Assembly (NCBI GenBank): GCA_040768685.1
Contig: JAXGMM010000003.1
Span: 129,824-193,823, forward strand
Length of the DNA: 64,000 nt
Reading direction: 5' to 3'
From: Anaerolineae bacterium
Lineage (GTDB): Bacteria > Chloroflexota > Anaerolineae > DRVO01
The notes beneath the pieces are model-generated. The model did no database searches. It worked only from the letters and a program-made list of their open reading frames with translations, and was not told the origin of the DNA. Positions 1 through 9,182 of the stretch are shown here, piece after piece (position 1 is the stretch's first letter; the number at the start of each line of letters is the position of its first letter). A program made the translations under genes and the position numbers.

Positions 1-1737
1 CGGATCGTTGCCGGGCTGGAATCCCCGACGGAGGGTGCCGTTCATCGGGCCGCCGGTGTGACTGTGGGCTATCTGCCCCAGGACGCCCGCATCGAGGGCA
101 ACTGCACCCTGTGGGACGCCGCTCTTTCCGCACTGGAGGGCGTCCGCCGGCAGGAGAGGCGCCTCCGCCAACTGGAGGCCGCGATCGCCCACACAGATGA
201 CCCAGCGGTGTGGAGACGCTACGAGGAGAGCGAGCACCAGTTCCAGGCCGCCGGCGGCTACGACTACGAGTGGCGGGCCCGTCAGACGCTGGAGGGTTTG
301 GGCCTCACTGCCAGCCTGGACAAACCGGTCACCCAACTGAGCGGCGGCCAGCACACTCGCGCCCGCTTGGCCCAGCTTCTCCTCCAGCGGCCGGACGTGC
401 TCCTCCTCGACGAGCCCACTAACCACCTGGACCTCCAGGCGCTCACCTGGCTCGAGTCCTTCCTGCGCGACTGGGAGGGCTCTCTGATCGCGGTCTCTCA
501 CGACCGTTACTTCCTGGATGCGGTGATGAACACCATCTGGGACCTAACGCCGGAAGGGATCGAGCGCTACCGGGGCAACTACAGCGCCCACGAGGCCCAA
601 AAGGCCGAGCGGCTGGAGCGCGTCCGGCGCGAGTACGAGCGCCAGCAGGAGCACATCCGCAGCACCGAGGCCTTCATCCGCCGCTACAAAGCCGGCCAGC
701 GATCCCGCGAGGCTCGTGGTCGCCAGACGCGGCTCGACCGGCTCGAGCGCATCGATCGGCCGGACCTAGCGCAAACCATGCGGGTGAAGCTGAAGGCCGG
801 CGCCCGCGGCGCATGGGTGGTGGTGGAGGCCCATGACTTGGCCGTCGGATACCAGGCGGATCGTCCGCTGTTCCGGATCGACGACCTGGCTCTGCTGCGC
901 GGGGAGCGAGCGGCCCTGATCGGCCCCAACGGCTCTGGCAAGACCACCTTCCTGCGGGTCCTCCTCGGGCAGCTTCAGCCGCTCAGCGGCCGGCTCATGC
1001 TGGGCCACAATGTCACTCCCGGCTACCTCTCTCAGGCCCAGGATGATCTCCATCCCGACCGGTCTCTGGCCGAAGAGGTGCTGTCCGTCAGCAACTTGAC
1101 CCTGGCCGAGGTGCGCGACCTCCTGGCCCGCTTCCTGTTCACCGGCGACGAACCCTTCAAGCGCGTGGGGGACCTCAGCGGCGGCGAGCGTAGCCGAGTG
1201 GCCCTGGCCAAGCTGACTCTCCAAGGCGCCAACTTCCTGGTGCTCGACGAGCCCACCAATCAACTGGACATGCTATCCCGGGACGTGCTCGAGTCGGTCC
1301 TCAGCGATTACGATGGCACAGCCCTGTTCGTCTCCCACGACCGCTACTTCATCGATGCCCTAGCCACGCAAGTATGGTCGATCGAGGATGGGCAGCTGAG
1401 GGTCTACCGGGGCGCCTACAGCGACTACGCCAACGCTAGGGCGCAGGCAGAAGCCGAGCGGCGCCAGGAGCGCGAATCCGCCGAACGACGGTTGTCTCCA
1501 CGGTCCACGCCTGAGGCCCGCGCCGCCCAGAGGGCGGAGAAACGGCGGCAGGAGCGCCTTGTCGAACTGGAGGCCGAGATCGAGCAACTTGAGACCGAGA
1601 TAACCGGCCTCGAGGCCCGGCTGGCGGAAGCGGCCGGCGGCGCCGACGTCGAGACTCTGCGCAGCCTGGGTGCCGACCACGCCACGTTGACGGAAGCGCT
1701 CGAGGCCGCCTACCGCGAATGGGAGGAGGTGGCGTGA
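1..1737 (+). CDS. ABC-F family ATPase (ABC transporter ATP-binding protein with duplicated ATPase domains), 5' end outside window
   Basis: Frame is open from base 1 (RIVAGLESPTEGAVHRAAGVTVGYLPQD...). Signature motifs LSGGQ (..QLSGGQHTRARLAQLL..), Walker B LLLDEPTNHLD, a second Walker A GPNGSGKTT, a second LSGGERSRVAL and LVLDEPTNQLD. C-terminal coiled-coil-like Arg/Glu-rich tail. Confidence 0.85.
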   Translation, partial: RIVAGLESPTEGAVHRAAGVTVGYLPQDARIEGNCTLWDAALSALEGVRRQERRLRQLEAAIAHTDDPAVWRRYEESEHQFQAAGGYDYEWRARQTLEGLGLTASLDKPVTQLSGGQHTRARLAQLLLQRPDVLLLDEPTNHLDLQALTWLESFLRDWEGSLIAVSHDRYFLDAVMNTIWDLTPEGIERYRGNYSAHEAQKAERLERVRREYERQQEHIRSTEAFIRRYKAGQRSREARGRQTRLDRLERIDRPDLAQTMRVKLKAGARGAWVVVEAHDLAVGYQADRPLFRIDDLALLRGERAALIGPNGSGKTTFLRVLLGQLQPLSGRLMLGHNVTPGYLSQAQDDLHPDRSLAEEVLSVSNLTLAEVRDLLARFLFTGDEPFKRVGDLSGGERSRVALAKLTLQGANFLVLDEPTNQLDMLSRDVLESVLSDYDGTALFVSHDRYFIDALATQVWSIEDGQLRVYRGAYSDYANARAQAEAERRQERESAERRLSPRSTPEARAAQRAEKRRQERLVELEAEIEQLETEITGLEARLAEAAGGADVETLRSLGADHATLTEALEAAYREWEEVA

Positions 1738-2630
1738 AGTACATAGTCGGGCTCACCGGCAACATCGCCACTGGTAAGTCGCTGGTAGCCGGCCGCCTCG
1801 CGTTGCGCGGCGCCCTGCACATCGACGCCGACCGCGTCGCCCACCAGACCATGGAGCCCGGTGAGCCTGCCTGGGCTCAGGTACGCGAGCGCTTCGGCGA
1901 GGGAGTGCTTCGCGGTGATAGAACGGTGGACCGGCGCGCCCTCGGCCAGGTCGTGTTCGGCGATCCGGCGGCTCTAGCCGACCTGGAAGCCATTGTGCAT
2001 CCGCACGTTCTGGCCCGCATCGACAGGATCGTCGGTGAACGGGAAGAAGGCGTAGTCGTCATCGAGGCCATCAAGCTCACAGAGTCGGGCATCACGGAGC
2101 GCTGTCACGCGCTCTGGGTAACGACCTGCAAGCCGGAGCACCAACTGGCGCGCTTGACGAGCGACCGCGGCCTGGGCGTCGAGGATGCCCGCCGCCGCAT
2201 AGACGCCCAGCCGGACGCCGCCGAAAAGGTGGCGAGGGCCGATGTGCTGTTTGTGAACGACGGCAGCCGAGACGAACTGGCCGGATTAGTCGACCGTGAA
2301 TGGGGCGAGATCGAGGCTGGAACCGCGCCTATGCCCGGCGGTATGCCCCAACTGGAGCCGGTGACGCACGCGACCTGGCGCTCCCGAGAAGGCGATCACC
2401 TGGCTGAGATCATGCAGTTGTCGCCCGGCGAGTGGCGGCTGAAGTGCTTCTCGCCGACGCGGCTGCCCAGGCTCACGCGGCCTCTGCTGGCTGTCCTCGA
2501 AGCGCAGGAGCGGTGCCTGCACTTGCACGTTCCCGGGGGCACGGGCTACCGTCAGTTCATGCGCGGAATGGGCTATGGGGAGGTGAGTGACCGTGTCACA
2601 GAGTCCGGTTACGTCGTCTACCGACACTGA
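1734..2630 (+). CDS. coaE: dephospho-CoA kinase with about 95-aa C-terminal extension of unknown function
   Basis: VKYIVGLTGNIATGKS Walker A at N-terminus, typical of CoaE. The GTG at 1734 is preceded by GGGAGGAGG (RBS) and overlaps the ABC-F stop at 1735-1737. The track ORF begins 15 nt earlier at an ATG lying inside the RBS. Protein is about 299 aa against about 200 aa for a typical CoaE. Confidence 0.8.
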   Translation: MKYIVGLTGNIATGKSLVAGRLALRGALHIDADRVAHQTMEPGEPAWAQVRERFGEGVLRGDRTVDRRALGQVVFGDPAALADLEAIVHPHVLARIDRIVGEREEGVVVIEAIKLTESGITERCHALWVTTCKPEHQLARLTSDRGLGVEDARRRIDAQPDAAEKVARADVLFVNDGSRDELAGLVDREWGEIEAGTAPMPGGMPQLEPVTHATWRSREGDHLAEIMQLSPGEWRLKCFSPTRLPRLTRPLLAVLEAQERCLHLHVPGGTGYRQFMRGMGYGEVSDRVTESGYVVYRH

Positions 2631-2838
2631 CAAGCCAGAGGCGACCGGTTCGGGCCTGCGCCGATTTGCCTGCCGTCACCCTCAACTCCTGGCCTGGGCC
2701 GTGCTCGCCCTGGTCATGGTCGTGATGGTCCTGTGGTCGGCGCGAGACGTCGGTCTCCTGCCGAGCCAGATGGCAGCCATCGTTGTCGCCACCATCGCTC
2801 TTGCCGGGTTATGCGTCTGGATCATCGGCTGGGACTGA
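2587..2838 (+). CDS. hypothetical small membrane protein (two predicted TM helices)
   Basis: ORF with two hydrophobic stretches (LLAWAVLALVMVVMVLW, AAIVVATIALAGLCVWIIGW). Overlaps the coaE 3' end. No recognizable family. Confidence 0.3.
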   Translation: MTVSQSPVTSSTDTDKPEATGSGLRRFACRHPQLLAWAVLALVMVVMVLWSARDVGLLPSQMAAIVVATIALAGLCVWIIGWD

Positions 2839-3597
2839 CGGGCACAGGCCTTCGGGAGCCGCGTCACCGCTCAAGGCGAGGCGGCCGAGCGGCGCTAAGT
2901 AGAACGCTCCGTCCGACCCGCGCCGCACTTGCACGCGCACGAAGTCCTGAACCGTCTCCTGTCCCACCGTTCGTGCCTCCGAGATCGGCAGGCCGAAGAC
3001 CTCCACGCCGCCATTGGCCGCCACGAACTCCCAGAAGTCGCCCCGCAGGCTGTGTCCCGTCTCCCGGAAGTAGCCGACTCGTCGCTCGTGGCCGGCAGGA
3101 ACCGAGCTGTAGTGCAGCGGCGGCTGCCTGCCGCAGAACTCCTCGGCCAGATAGGCGAGGCCCACGGCGTACGACTCCGGGTACTCAGCCACATACTCCA
3201 GCCGGCCGGCCTCGAAGTACTGGACCAAGCGATCGCGGTAGATGCCCGGTGGCGCAATGGGCTCGCCGATGAGCCCGCCATGCGCGGCGTAGAAGCTCAG
3301 GAATCGCTCGTGAACACAGACCCCGCTGGACGTACACGCCGGCGGCCCGGCAGCATCCGTCTCGCTCGGCCGAGCCGGTTCCCGCCCGCACCCGGAGACT
3401 GCCCAGACCAGCAGAAGAACAATCGCCGCCTGAGCCCCTCTCTGGCCTACGACTTGCAGCAGTCCGGAAAGGCAAGCGCCTGCATCATCACCGTCTCGGA
3501 CTGCGCGTCCGGCGCGGCCGAGTAGAGGCGCACTCATCTGAGGCAGCCAATTGCGCCTTCGCGTCGCGTTCGTCATCCTAGCCGTCCTGACACTCAC
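2809..3597 (-). CDS. hypothetical secreted protein or lipoprotein (true start probably internal to this ORF)
   Basis: ORF contains a signal-peptide-like stretch AQAAIVLLLVWAVSGCG (lipobox-like VSGC) about 50 residues after the first Met. Upstream part overlaps the divergent gene at 3551. No family recognized. Confidence 0.4.
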   Translation of the reverse strand: MSVRTARMTNATRRRNWLPQMSAPLLGRAGRAVRDGDDAGACLSGLLQVVGQRGAQAAIVLLLVWAVSGCGREPARPSETDAAGPPACTSSGVCVHERFLSFYAAHGGLIGEPIAPPGIYRDRLVQYFEAGRLEYVAEYPESYAVGLAYLAEEFCGRQPPLHYSSVPAGHERRVGYFRETGHSLRGDFWEFVAANGGVEVFGLPISEARTVGQETVQDFVRVQVRRGSDGAFYLAPLGRLALSGDAAPEGLCPSVPADDPDA

Positions 3598-4999
3598 TGC
3601 TTGCGGCCGCCCCCAGCCGACTTCGTCTCTGGAAGCGTTCTCGGCCGCCCTGGGTGAGTTGTCCGCTGCCGACCGGGAGCTCCTTGAGGAGGTCCCGCGC
3701 TATCACCTCTCCCTCGTGCTGGATCCAGAGAAAAGGCTCCTCACGGGGCAGGCCACGATACACTACACTAATGTGGCGGCCGGCGAGTTGCGCGAAGTCT
3801 ACCTGCGCCTCTACCCGAACATGCGGATGTACGGCGGGCGCATGACCACTGTCCGGGCCACCGTTGGCGGCCGTGACGTGCCCTTCGTCGAGATGGGCAA
3901 GGGCGCCGACCTCAAGATACCGCTTCCGCAAACCCTCGCCACCCACCAGTCAGCGGCAATCGTGATCGACTACTCGCTCGTCTACCCCGAATCGGCCGGC
4001 GAGTACGACTTCTTCGGGGTGAGGCAAGGCATCGCGATCCTCCCCGAGTGCTACCCGGTCCTCGCGCCGCTGATCGACGGCGAATGGCGGCTGGATCCTT
4101 CGCCCGGATTCGGTGATGCCGCGTACACTGACCTATCGCTCTACCGCGTCGAGGTCACCGCCCCAGCGCAATACACGGTGATCGCCCCCGGCGTGCTCAC
4201 CGACTGGAAAACCACCACCGAGGGCGTTACCCGTACCTTTGTCAGCGGTCCGACCCGCACGGTGGGACTAGTAGCCGGCAAAGGCTATCAGGCCCAGGAA
4301 CTCAAGTCGGGCTCAGTTACGCTGACCGGCTACTCGCTCGCCGGCGATGCTTCCAGCATGAGAGCGGCCCTCAGCCACGCCGCGGCCGTCCAGGCCTTCT
4401 GCTCCCAGAACCTCGGCCCCTACCGTGGCGGCGCCCTGACGTTAGTGCAGGTGCCGCTGGAGCACTCCGACGTTCACCTGGGGGGCATGGCGCTGATCAA
4501 CCAGCCCTACTTCGACGAACTCCGCACCGAGGCGGCGAGCGCCGTCTCGATCGCCGTCAGCCGGGAGTGGTGGGGAAGGCTCGTCGCCTTCGATCCCTTG
4601 CGCGACCCCTGGCTGGACGAGGCTCTCGCCACGTACACCTCGTACCTCTACTTGCGCCAGTCCGTAGGGAGTGGCGGCACGGAGAGCATCGTCCAGGCCT
4701 GGAACGAGGCCTATAACGAGGCGGTAGTCACCGGCCAGAACAGCCCCCTTCGGCAGCCGCTGTCGGCCTACGGCAACTCCACCCGCTATGAACTGCTCGT
4801 CCACTCTCAGGGGCCGCTCTTCTGGCGGGATATGGAGTCTCTATTGGGCGAGAGCGGGCTTCTTGTCGTCCTCCGCGACTTGCAGCAATCGGCCGCCTTC
4901 GGACACCTGGACACGGCGGCGCTGGTCGCGAGCATCGCCCGACTGGCGGGCGAGCCCGGCCTGGCCGTGGCCGACGCCTGGGGCCTGACTACCCCTTAG
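3551..4999 (+). CDS. M1-peptidase-like lipoprotein, probably non-catalytic (zinc-binding His of HEXXH not conserved)
   Basis: N-terminal lipoprotein signal MRLRVAFVILAVLTLTACG. GAMEN-like LGGMALINQ. The segment AVSREWWGRLVAFDPLRDPWLDEALATY aligns by eye to the M1 core HELAHQWFGNLVT..WLNEGFA.Y, keeping the distal Glu but lacking both His. Confidence 0.5.
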   Translation: MRLRVAFVILAVLTLTACGRPQPTSSLEAFSAALGELSAADRELLEEVPRYHLSLVLDPEKRLLTGQATIHYTNVAAGELREVYLRLYPNMRMYGGRMTTVRATVGGRDVPFVEMGKGADLKIPLPQTLATHQSAAIVIDYSLVYPESAGEYDFFGVRQGIAILPECYPVLAPLIDGEWRLDPSPGFGDAAYTDLSLYRVEVTAPAQYTVIAPGVLTDWKTTTEGVTRTFVSGPTRTVGLVAGKGYQAQELKSGSVTLTGYSLAGDASSMRAALSHAAAVQAFCSQNLGPYRGGALTLVQVPLEHSDVHLGGMALINQPYFDELRTEAASAVSIAVSREWWGRLVAFDPLRDPWLDEALATYTSYLYLRQSVGSGGTESIVQAWNEAYNEAVVTGQNSPLRQPLSAYGNSTRYELLVHSQGPLFWRDMESLLGESGLLVVLRDLQQSAAFGHLDTAALVASIARLAGEPGLAVADAWGLTTP

Positions 5000-5754
5000 C
5001 GCGAAGGCAGAAGCCCCCAGTCCCCGAGGAGCCGTCGCAGTTCTCCGAAGCCGGACACGACTGCATCGGCGTTGCCATCGTCGGCGCTCCCGGTGACGCC
5101 GGTGATCAGGACCGCCCTCATGCCCATTTCCTTCGCGCCGCGGATGTCAGTGAAGGGCAGGTCGCCCACGTGGATGGCGCGGGCCGCGGTCACTCCCATC
5201 CCGGCTAGAGCCGTCTCGTAGGGCAGTCGCGCCGGCTTGACCGTTCCGAGTTCGTCGGAGAAGGCCAGGCCTTGAAAGCAGTGTAGAACACCGTCGTGGG
5301 CAAGGATGCGCCGCATCACCCGGCCTACCGTCAGTCCGGTGTCCGAGATCAGGCCTATCCTGGCGCCCGCGGCGTGCAGTGCCAAGAGGACCTCCTTGGC
5401 TCCCGGCGCCATCGCCGGCGGCTGCGACAGCATCACCTCCTCTACCGCTCGCCGCAGGTCGTCGAACGCAGCGTTCGTCAGGTTCACGTCGATATCGTCG
5501 AGAATCCCCTTCAGCCATACCGACGGGGTGTAGGAATTCCCGGCACGCCACTCACGTTCGAACTCCTCTGCTCCGCGGATATAGGCGCTCCTTACCACAG
5601 CCTCGGAGGGCGAGCGGCCGGCCGACTCTGCCGCAAGGCGAATCAGAGCCACCCGCGATTCCGTCACGTCCCGGTGGATGTACAGCGTACCCCACCAGTC
5701 GAAGGTCACGCCCCATGGCTCGGGCGACAATCCTGCCTCCATCGACAACTCCAT
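4996..5754 (-). CDS. HAD-superfamily hydrolase (subfamily IA-like)
   Basis: Motif I-like VTFDWWGTLY near the N-terminus, motif IV-like GDLPFTDIRGAKEMGM near the C-terminus, and overall HAD-IA layout. Start placed at internal Met MELSMEAG. The track ORF extends to 5790. Confidence 0.7.
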   Translation of the reverse strand: MELSMEAGLSPEPWGVTFDWWGTLYIHRDVTESRVALIRLAAESAGRSPSEAVVRSAYIRGAEEFEREWRAGNSYTPSVWLKGILDDIDVNLTNAAFDDLRRAVEEVMLSQPPAMAPGAKEVLLALHAAGARIGLISDTGLTVGRVMRRILAHDGVLHCFQGLAFSDELGTVKPARLPYETALAGMGVTAARAIHVGDLPFTDIRGAKEMGMRAVLITGVTGSADDGNADAVVSGFGELRRLLGDWGLLPSR

Positions 5755-5796
5755 CAGTCGCTTCGACCGGCACTCCGGGCGCTCGCGCACCGGCGA

Positions 5797-6165
5797 TCAA
5801 GCCTTCTCAAAGGGCCGGACGATGCGACCAAGAGCGGCCCAGGCCATGAGACTGAATGCCGCCGCCTGTGCTACCGACCGAAGGAAGGAGAGTGCGGGCA
5901 ACACCACAGACAGTACGTGAGTCGGATGGGCGGGCCGCCACTGTCCGATCACCCACACCGGCAACACCTGAGCAAGGTAGATGCCCACCAGTTCGTCAAT
6001 CAGCAAGAGCGACACCGCCGCCAGCACCAAAGCAGTCTGGCGCGGGAGCATGCGCCGGCGGGTGATAGCGGCGAGGGCAACCACCACCAATACTAGGAAC
6101 AGCGGCGTCCGGACGACGTAGGCGGTCAACAGAGCCCAGATCGAGCCGTCCGCTATGGCTTCCAT
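5797..6165 (-). CDS. hypothetical integral membrane protein (3-4 TM)
   Basis: 122-aa ORF made almost entirely of hydrophobic helices (LFLVLVVVALAAI, LVLAAVSLLLIDELVGIYLAQVLPVWVIG, AFSLMAWAALG). Confidence 0.45.
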   Translation of the reverse strand: MEAIADGSIWALLTAYVVRTPLFLVLVVVALAAITRRRMLPRQTALVLAAVSLLLIDELVGIYLAQVLPVWVIGQWRPAHPTHVLSVVLPALSFLRSVAQAAAFSLMAWAALGRIVRPFEKA

Positions 6166-6186
6166 CCTATCCTCCCAACGTTCCCG

Positions 6187-7782
6187 CTACCCCATGCCCG
6201 ACCACACCGGCTCGCCGGCCACATAGGTGGCCAACGGCCTCATAGCCGCCAACTGCGCCGGGTCTGCCGCGAATGGATCGCGCTCCAACACCATGAAGTC
6301 GGCGTGCGCTCCGGCGGCCAACCGCCCCTCTGCCGGCTCACCGCCCGCCCGCGCCACTCCCCGGCTGAAGCCCCCGAGAGCCTCCGCCAAACCGAGACGC
6401 TGATCCGGGTACCAGCCTCCCGCCGGCTCACCGGCCAGGTCCTGCCGGGTGACGGCCACTTGGATGCCCGCCCACGGGTTGATCAGCTCCACGGGCGCAT
6501 CGGAGCCGAACGCCAGGATCGCGCCGGCATCGGCAAGCGTCCTCCAGGCGTACCCGTACCGTGCGGCGCCGCCCCACAGTCGATCCGCCTCCCGCCAGTC
6601 CGATGATACGTGCACCGGCTGCATCGAGGCCACCGCCCCCGTTCGCGCCAGTCGCGCCGCATCCTCAGGGCGGATCGCCTGTACGTGCTCGATGCGGTCG
6701 GGCAAGGGGCCATGAGCGCTGGGCACGGCCTCCAGTGCGTAGAGGACCGCTCGATTGGCAGCGTCTCCAATGGCGTGCACTGCGCAAGGCCAACCGGCAA
6801 GGTGAGCCTCTTCCAGCAGACGCACCAGCTCGGCCTGCCGATAGATGGGGATGCCGCGATTACCGGGCGCACCCTGCAGGTCCTCCAGCATCCAGGCGGT
6901 CAGCGATCCGAGGCTGCCATCAACGAAGAGCTTGAGTTGGCCCAGGCGCAGATGCGCGTCGCCGAAGCCGGGACGCAGACCGAGCAGCTGTAGTTCCGAC
7001 CGCAGCTCGATCGGCGGCAGGACGAGCACGCGCAGCGTCAACTCACCCGCCAGGTTCAGTTCCTGCAGGGCTTCGAGCGACTCACGCCCTTCCATGGTGT
7101 GCAGACCCACGAGCCCGTACGAGAGCGCTTCCTTCTGCGCCTCCCGTAGGGACGAGACCCGCTCAGAGACTGATGGCGGCGGGACGCGCTTCCACACCGG
7201 CTCGGCGGCCAACTCCCGCAGCAGTCCGGTGGGCTCGCCACCGGGGGCGCGATCGATCTGTCCCCCGGCCGGGTCCAGCGTCGTCGCGCTGATGCCCGCT
7301 GCCCGGAGTGCCGCCGAGTTGACCCAGACCATGTGGCCGTCGGCACGGGACAGGACGACCGGACGGTCGGGGCAGACAGCGTCAAGGGACAGACGCGAAG
7401 GCAGGGCCCTCGGCTCCCACCCATTCTCATTCCATCCGTGCCCCTGGATCCAGCCGCTGCCCGGGTGGCGTTCGGCATAGGCCATCACGGCCGCGGCCGC
7501 CTCGGACTCGCTGCGCACATCGCGCAGGTTGACGCGCCGCTGCAGCATAGCGTGGGAGAGGAAGTGCGTGTGGCCATCTCGCAAGCCAGGTAGGACGGTG
7601 GCTCCCTCTAGATCCGTGACGCTCCAGGACCCAACCCCCAGGTCCGCCTCGCGTCCCACCCAGAGTATGCGCCCGGCCTGCACGACCATGGCCTCAGCAA
7701 TGGGAGCAGAGTCATCGAGCGTCCGGATTCGGCAGTTGCGGTAGAGCACAACCTGATGATCAGGGACCCATAGATGCTTCAT
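6187..7782 (-). CDS. metal-dependent amidohydrolase (amidohydrolase-3 / COG1574-like)
   Basis: 531 aa. N-terminal VLPGLRDGHTHF (HxH metal ligands). Internal AVHAIGD and C-terminal GSDAPVE motifs typical of the amidohydrolase 3 family. Confidence 0.8.
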   Translation of the reverse strand: MKHLWVPDHQVVLYRNCRIRTLDDSAPIAEAMVVQAGRILWVGREADLGVGSWSVTDLEGATVLPGLRDGHTHFLSHAMLQRRVNLRDVRSESEAAAAVMAYAERHPGSGWIQGHGWNENGWEPRALPSRLSLDAVCPDRPVVLSRADGHMVWVNSAALRAAGISATTLDPAGGQIDRAPGGEPTGLLRELAAEPVWKRVPPPSVSERVSSLREAQKEALSYGLVGLHTMEGRESLEALQELNLAGELTLRVLVLPPIELRSELQLLGLRPGFGDAHLRLGQLKLFVDGSLGSLTAWMLEDLQGAPGNRGIPIYRQAELVRLLEEAHLAGWPCAVHAIGDAANRAVLYALEAVPSAHGPLPDRIEHVQAIRPEDAARLARTGAVASMQPVHVSSDWREADRLWGGAARYGYAWRTLADAGAILAFGSDAPVELINPWAGIQVAVTRQDLAGEPAGGWYPDQRLGLAEALGGFSRGVARAGGEPAEGRLAAGAHADFMVLERDPFAADPAQLAAMRPLATYVAGEPVWSGMG

Positions 7783-8018
7783 CTAATCCCCCATAGAGGG
7801 CAACTGCGACGCCCCCAAAACATAACGTAGCGGGAGGTAGCCTGCACGGGGCCGCGACTGATAGCTTCCTCAAGCGGGGCAAGCCCGCCGGCGAACGACC
7901 TCTCGTCGATTAGGTGGAGGGCGGAGCAGGCCCTGTCCCAGCATCGTCCAATTACCGGCACCAGGCGATGAGCACGATGGCGCCGCGCGTAGTCCGCCGC
8001 CGGTGGACCGTAGTCCAT
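7779..8018 (-). CDS. hypothetical small protein (weak)
   Basis: ORF whose TGA overlaps the ATG of the amidohydrolase (ATGA overlap, suggesting translational coupling). Arg-rich and low-complexity, with no family recognized. May be noncoding. Confidence 0.2.
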   Translation of the reverse strand: MDYGPPAADYARRHRAHRLVPVIGRCWDRACSALHLIDERSFAGGLAPLEEAISRGPVQATSRYVMFWGRRSCPLWGIR

Positions 8019-8320
8019 TGGATCATGCCTCGCCCACTGGCGCGCTGAGAGCTGCCGCGATCTCCGAATACACGTCCCAGGCGCCGCCGACGATGACCTG
8101 CGCGTCCTACGGAAACACAATCAGTGCGTCACTCACCAGGGGCACGCGTCAGGCGCCGGCCGCGCCCAGGTGCGCCGCACCAGGCACCCAGTGACGGCGG
8201 AAAGAGCGCCGAGCCGCATCGCTTCGTCACGGACGAGCGACAGCGTCTCACCGGTGCGCGCCGCGGCCCTCAGCGGGATCAGCGCGAGGCAACCAGTGGC
8301 GAGCGTAGTCACCGGCTACG

Positions 8321-9139
8321 CTACTCCGGTTGGCATTCCGGGCAGATGAAGGACGCCGTGCTGCCCGTCCTAATCTTGGTGATCGTCGCGCCGCACTCCG
8401 GGCAGGGCTTCCCCTCCCGGTAGGCAACCAGGAAGTCATCGGTGGTGAAGCCGCCGGGGCGACCGTAGAAGTCCTTTTCGTAGGCCAGACCGCCCTTCTC
8501 GTAGGCGTAGCGGAGGGTGTAGGTCGTCGCCTCGTAGAGCCGGTCGACGTCGCCCTCGGTCAGGTCGCGGACCTGCCGCATGGGGTGCTGGCGAGCCCGG
8601 AAGAGGGGGTCCTGGATGTACACGTTGCCGATTCCGGAGATGCGCTTCTGGTCGGTGAGCACCGCCTTCAGCCGGCCGCGGCCGGACTGGAAGAGGTCTC
8701 CGAACCGCTCACGATCCATTTCGGGTGAGAGCGCCAGAGGGCCCAAAGAGGCCGTCTGATCGTGGGCCGACAGAGCGGCAGTATCGCAGTAGTGCGTGTG
8801 CCCGAACCACCAGAAGCGACAGGTGAAGCCGGAGCCGTCGTCGAGGTGGAAGCACACCCGACGCCCGGCGTCCCATGCCTGGCCGGGTCCGTAATAGAAG
8901 AGATCGGCCCCCATGCCCAAGTTGAGGAGCAAGTGGCCTCCCCGACTCAGCTCCAGGAAGATCCACTTGCCCCGGTTGTAGACTCTCTGTACCTGACGGC
9001 CCAGCAGTCCCTCGGTGAACTGACTCACAGGCAAGTTGAGGCACTTCTCCTGTACCACCTCAACTTCGGCGAAGGATTTGTGCCGCAACTCCGCGTCCAT
9101 CTGCTCGGCCAGCACCATCAGTTCCGGCAGTTCCGCCAT
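8321..9139 (-). CDS. Fpg/Nei-family DNA glycosylase (formamidopyrimidine-DNA glycosylase / endonuclease VIII-like) with Ala2 in place of catalytic Pro2
   Basis: N-terminus MAELPEL against the canonical MPELPEV. Conserved block FLELSRGGHLLLNLGMGADL resembles E. coli Fpg [20 protein letters not shown]. C-terminal zinc finger CPECGATITKIRTGSTASFICPECQ (CxxC-x16-CxxC). RBS GGGAGGAA lies 7 nt upstream of the ATG. Confidence 0.8.
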   Translation of the reverse strand: MAELPELMVLAEQMDAELRHKSFAEVEVVQEKCLNLPVSQFTEGLLGRQVQRVYNRGKWIFLELSRGGHLLLNLGMGADLFYYGPGQAWDAGRRVCFHLDDGSGFTCRFWWFGHTHYCDTAALSAHDQTASLGPLALSPEMDRERFGDLFQSGRGRLKAVLTDQKRISGIGNVYIQDPLFRARQHPMRQVRDLTEGDVDRLYEATTYTLRYAYEKGGLAYEKDFYGRPGGFTTDDFLVAYREGKPCPECGATITKIRTGSTASFICPECQPE

Positions 9140-9182
9140 CTGTCGATTCCTCCCTAGCCTGACAGAGCGGCTACGCCCCCAC

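Noticed and set aside
766-1263. Several minus-strand ORFs (87-165 aa) inside the ABC-F gene
   Set aside because: Internal to a gene with textbook ABC motifs. Arg/Pro/Ser-rich with no family features.
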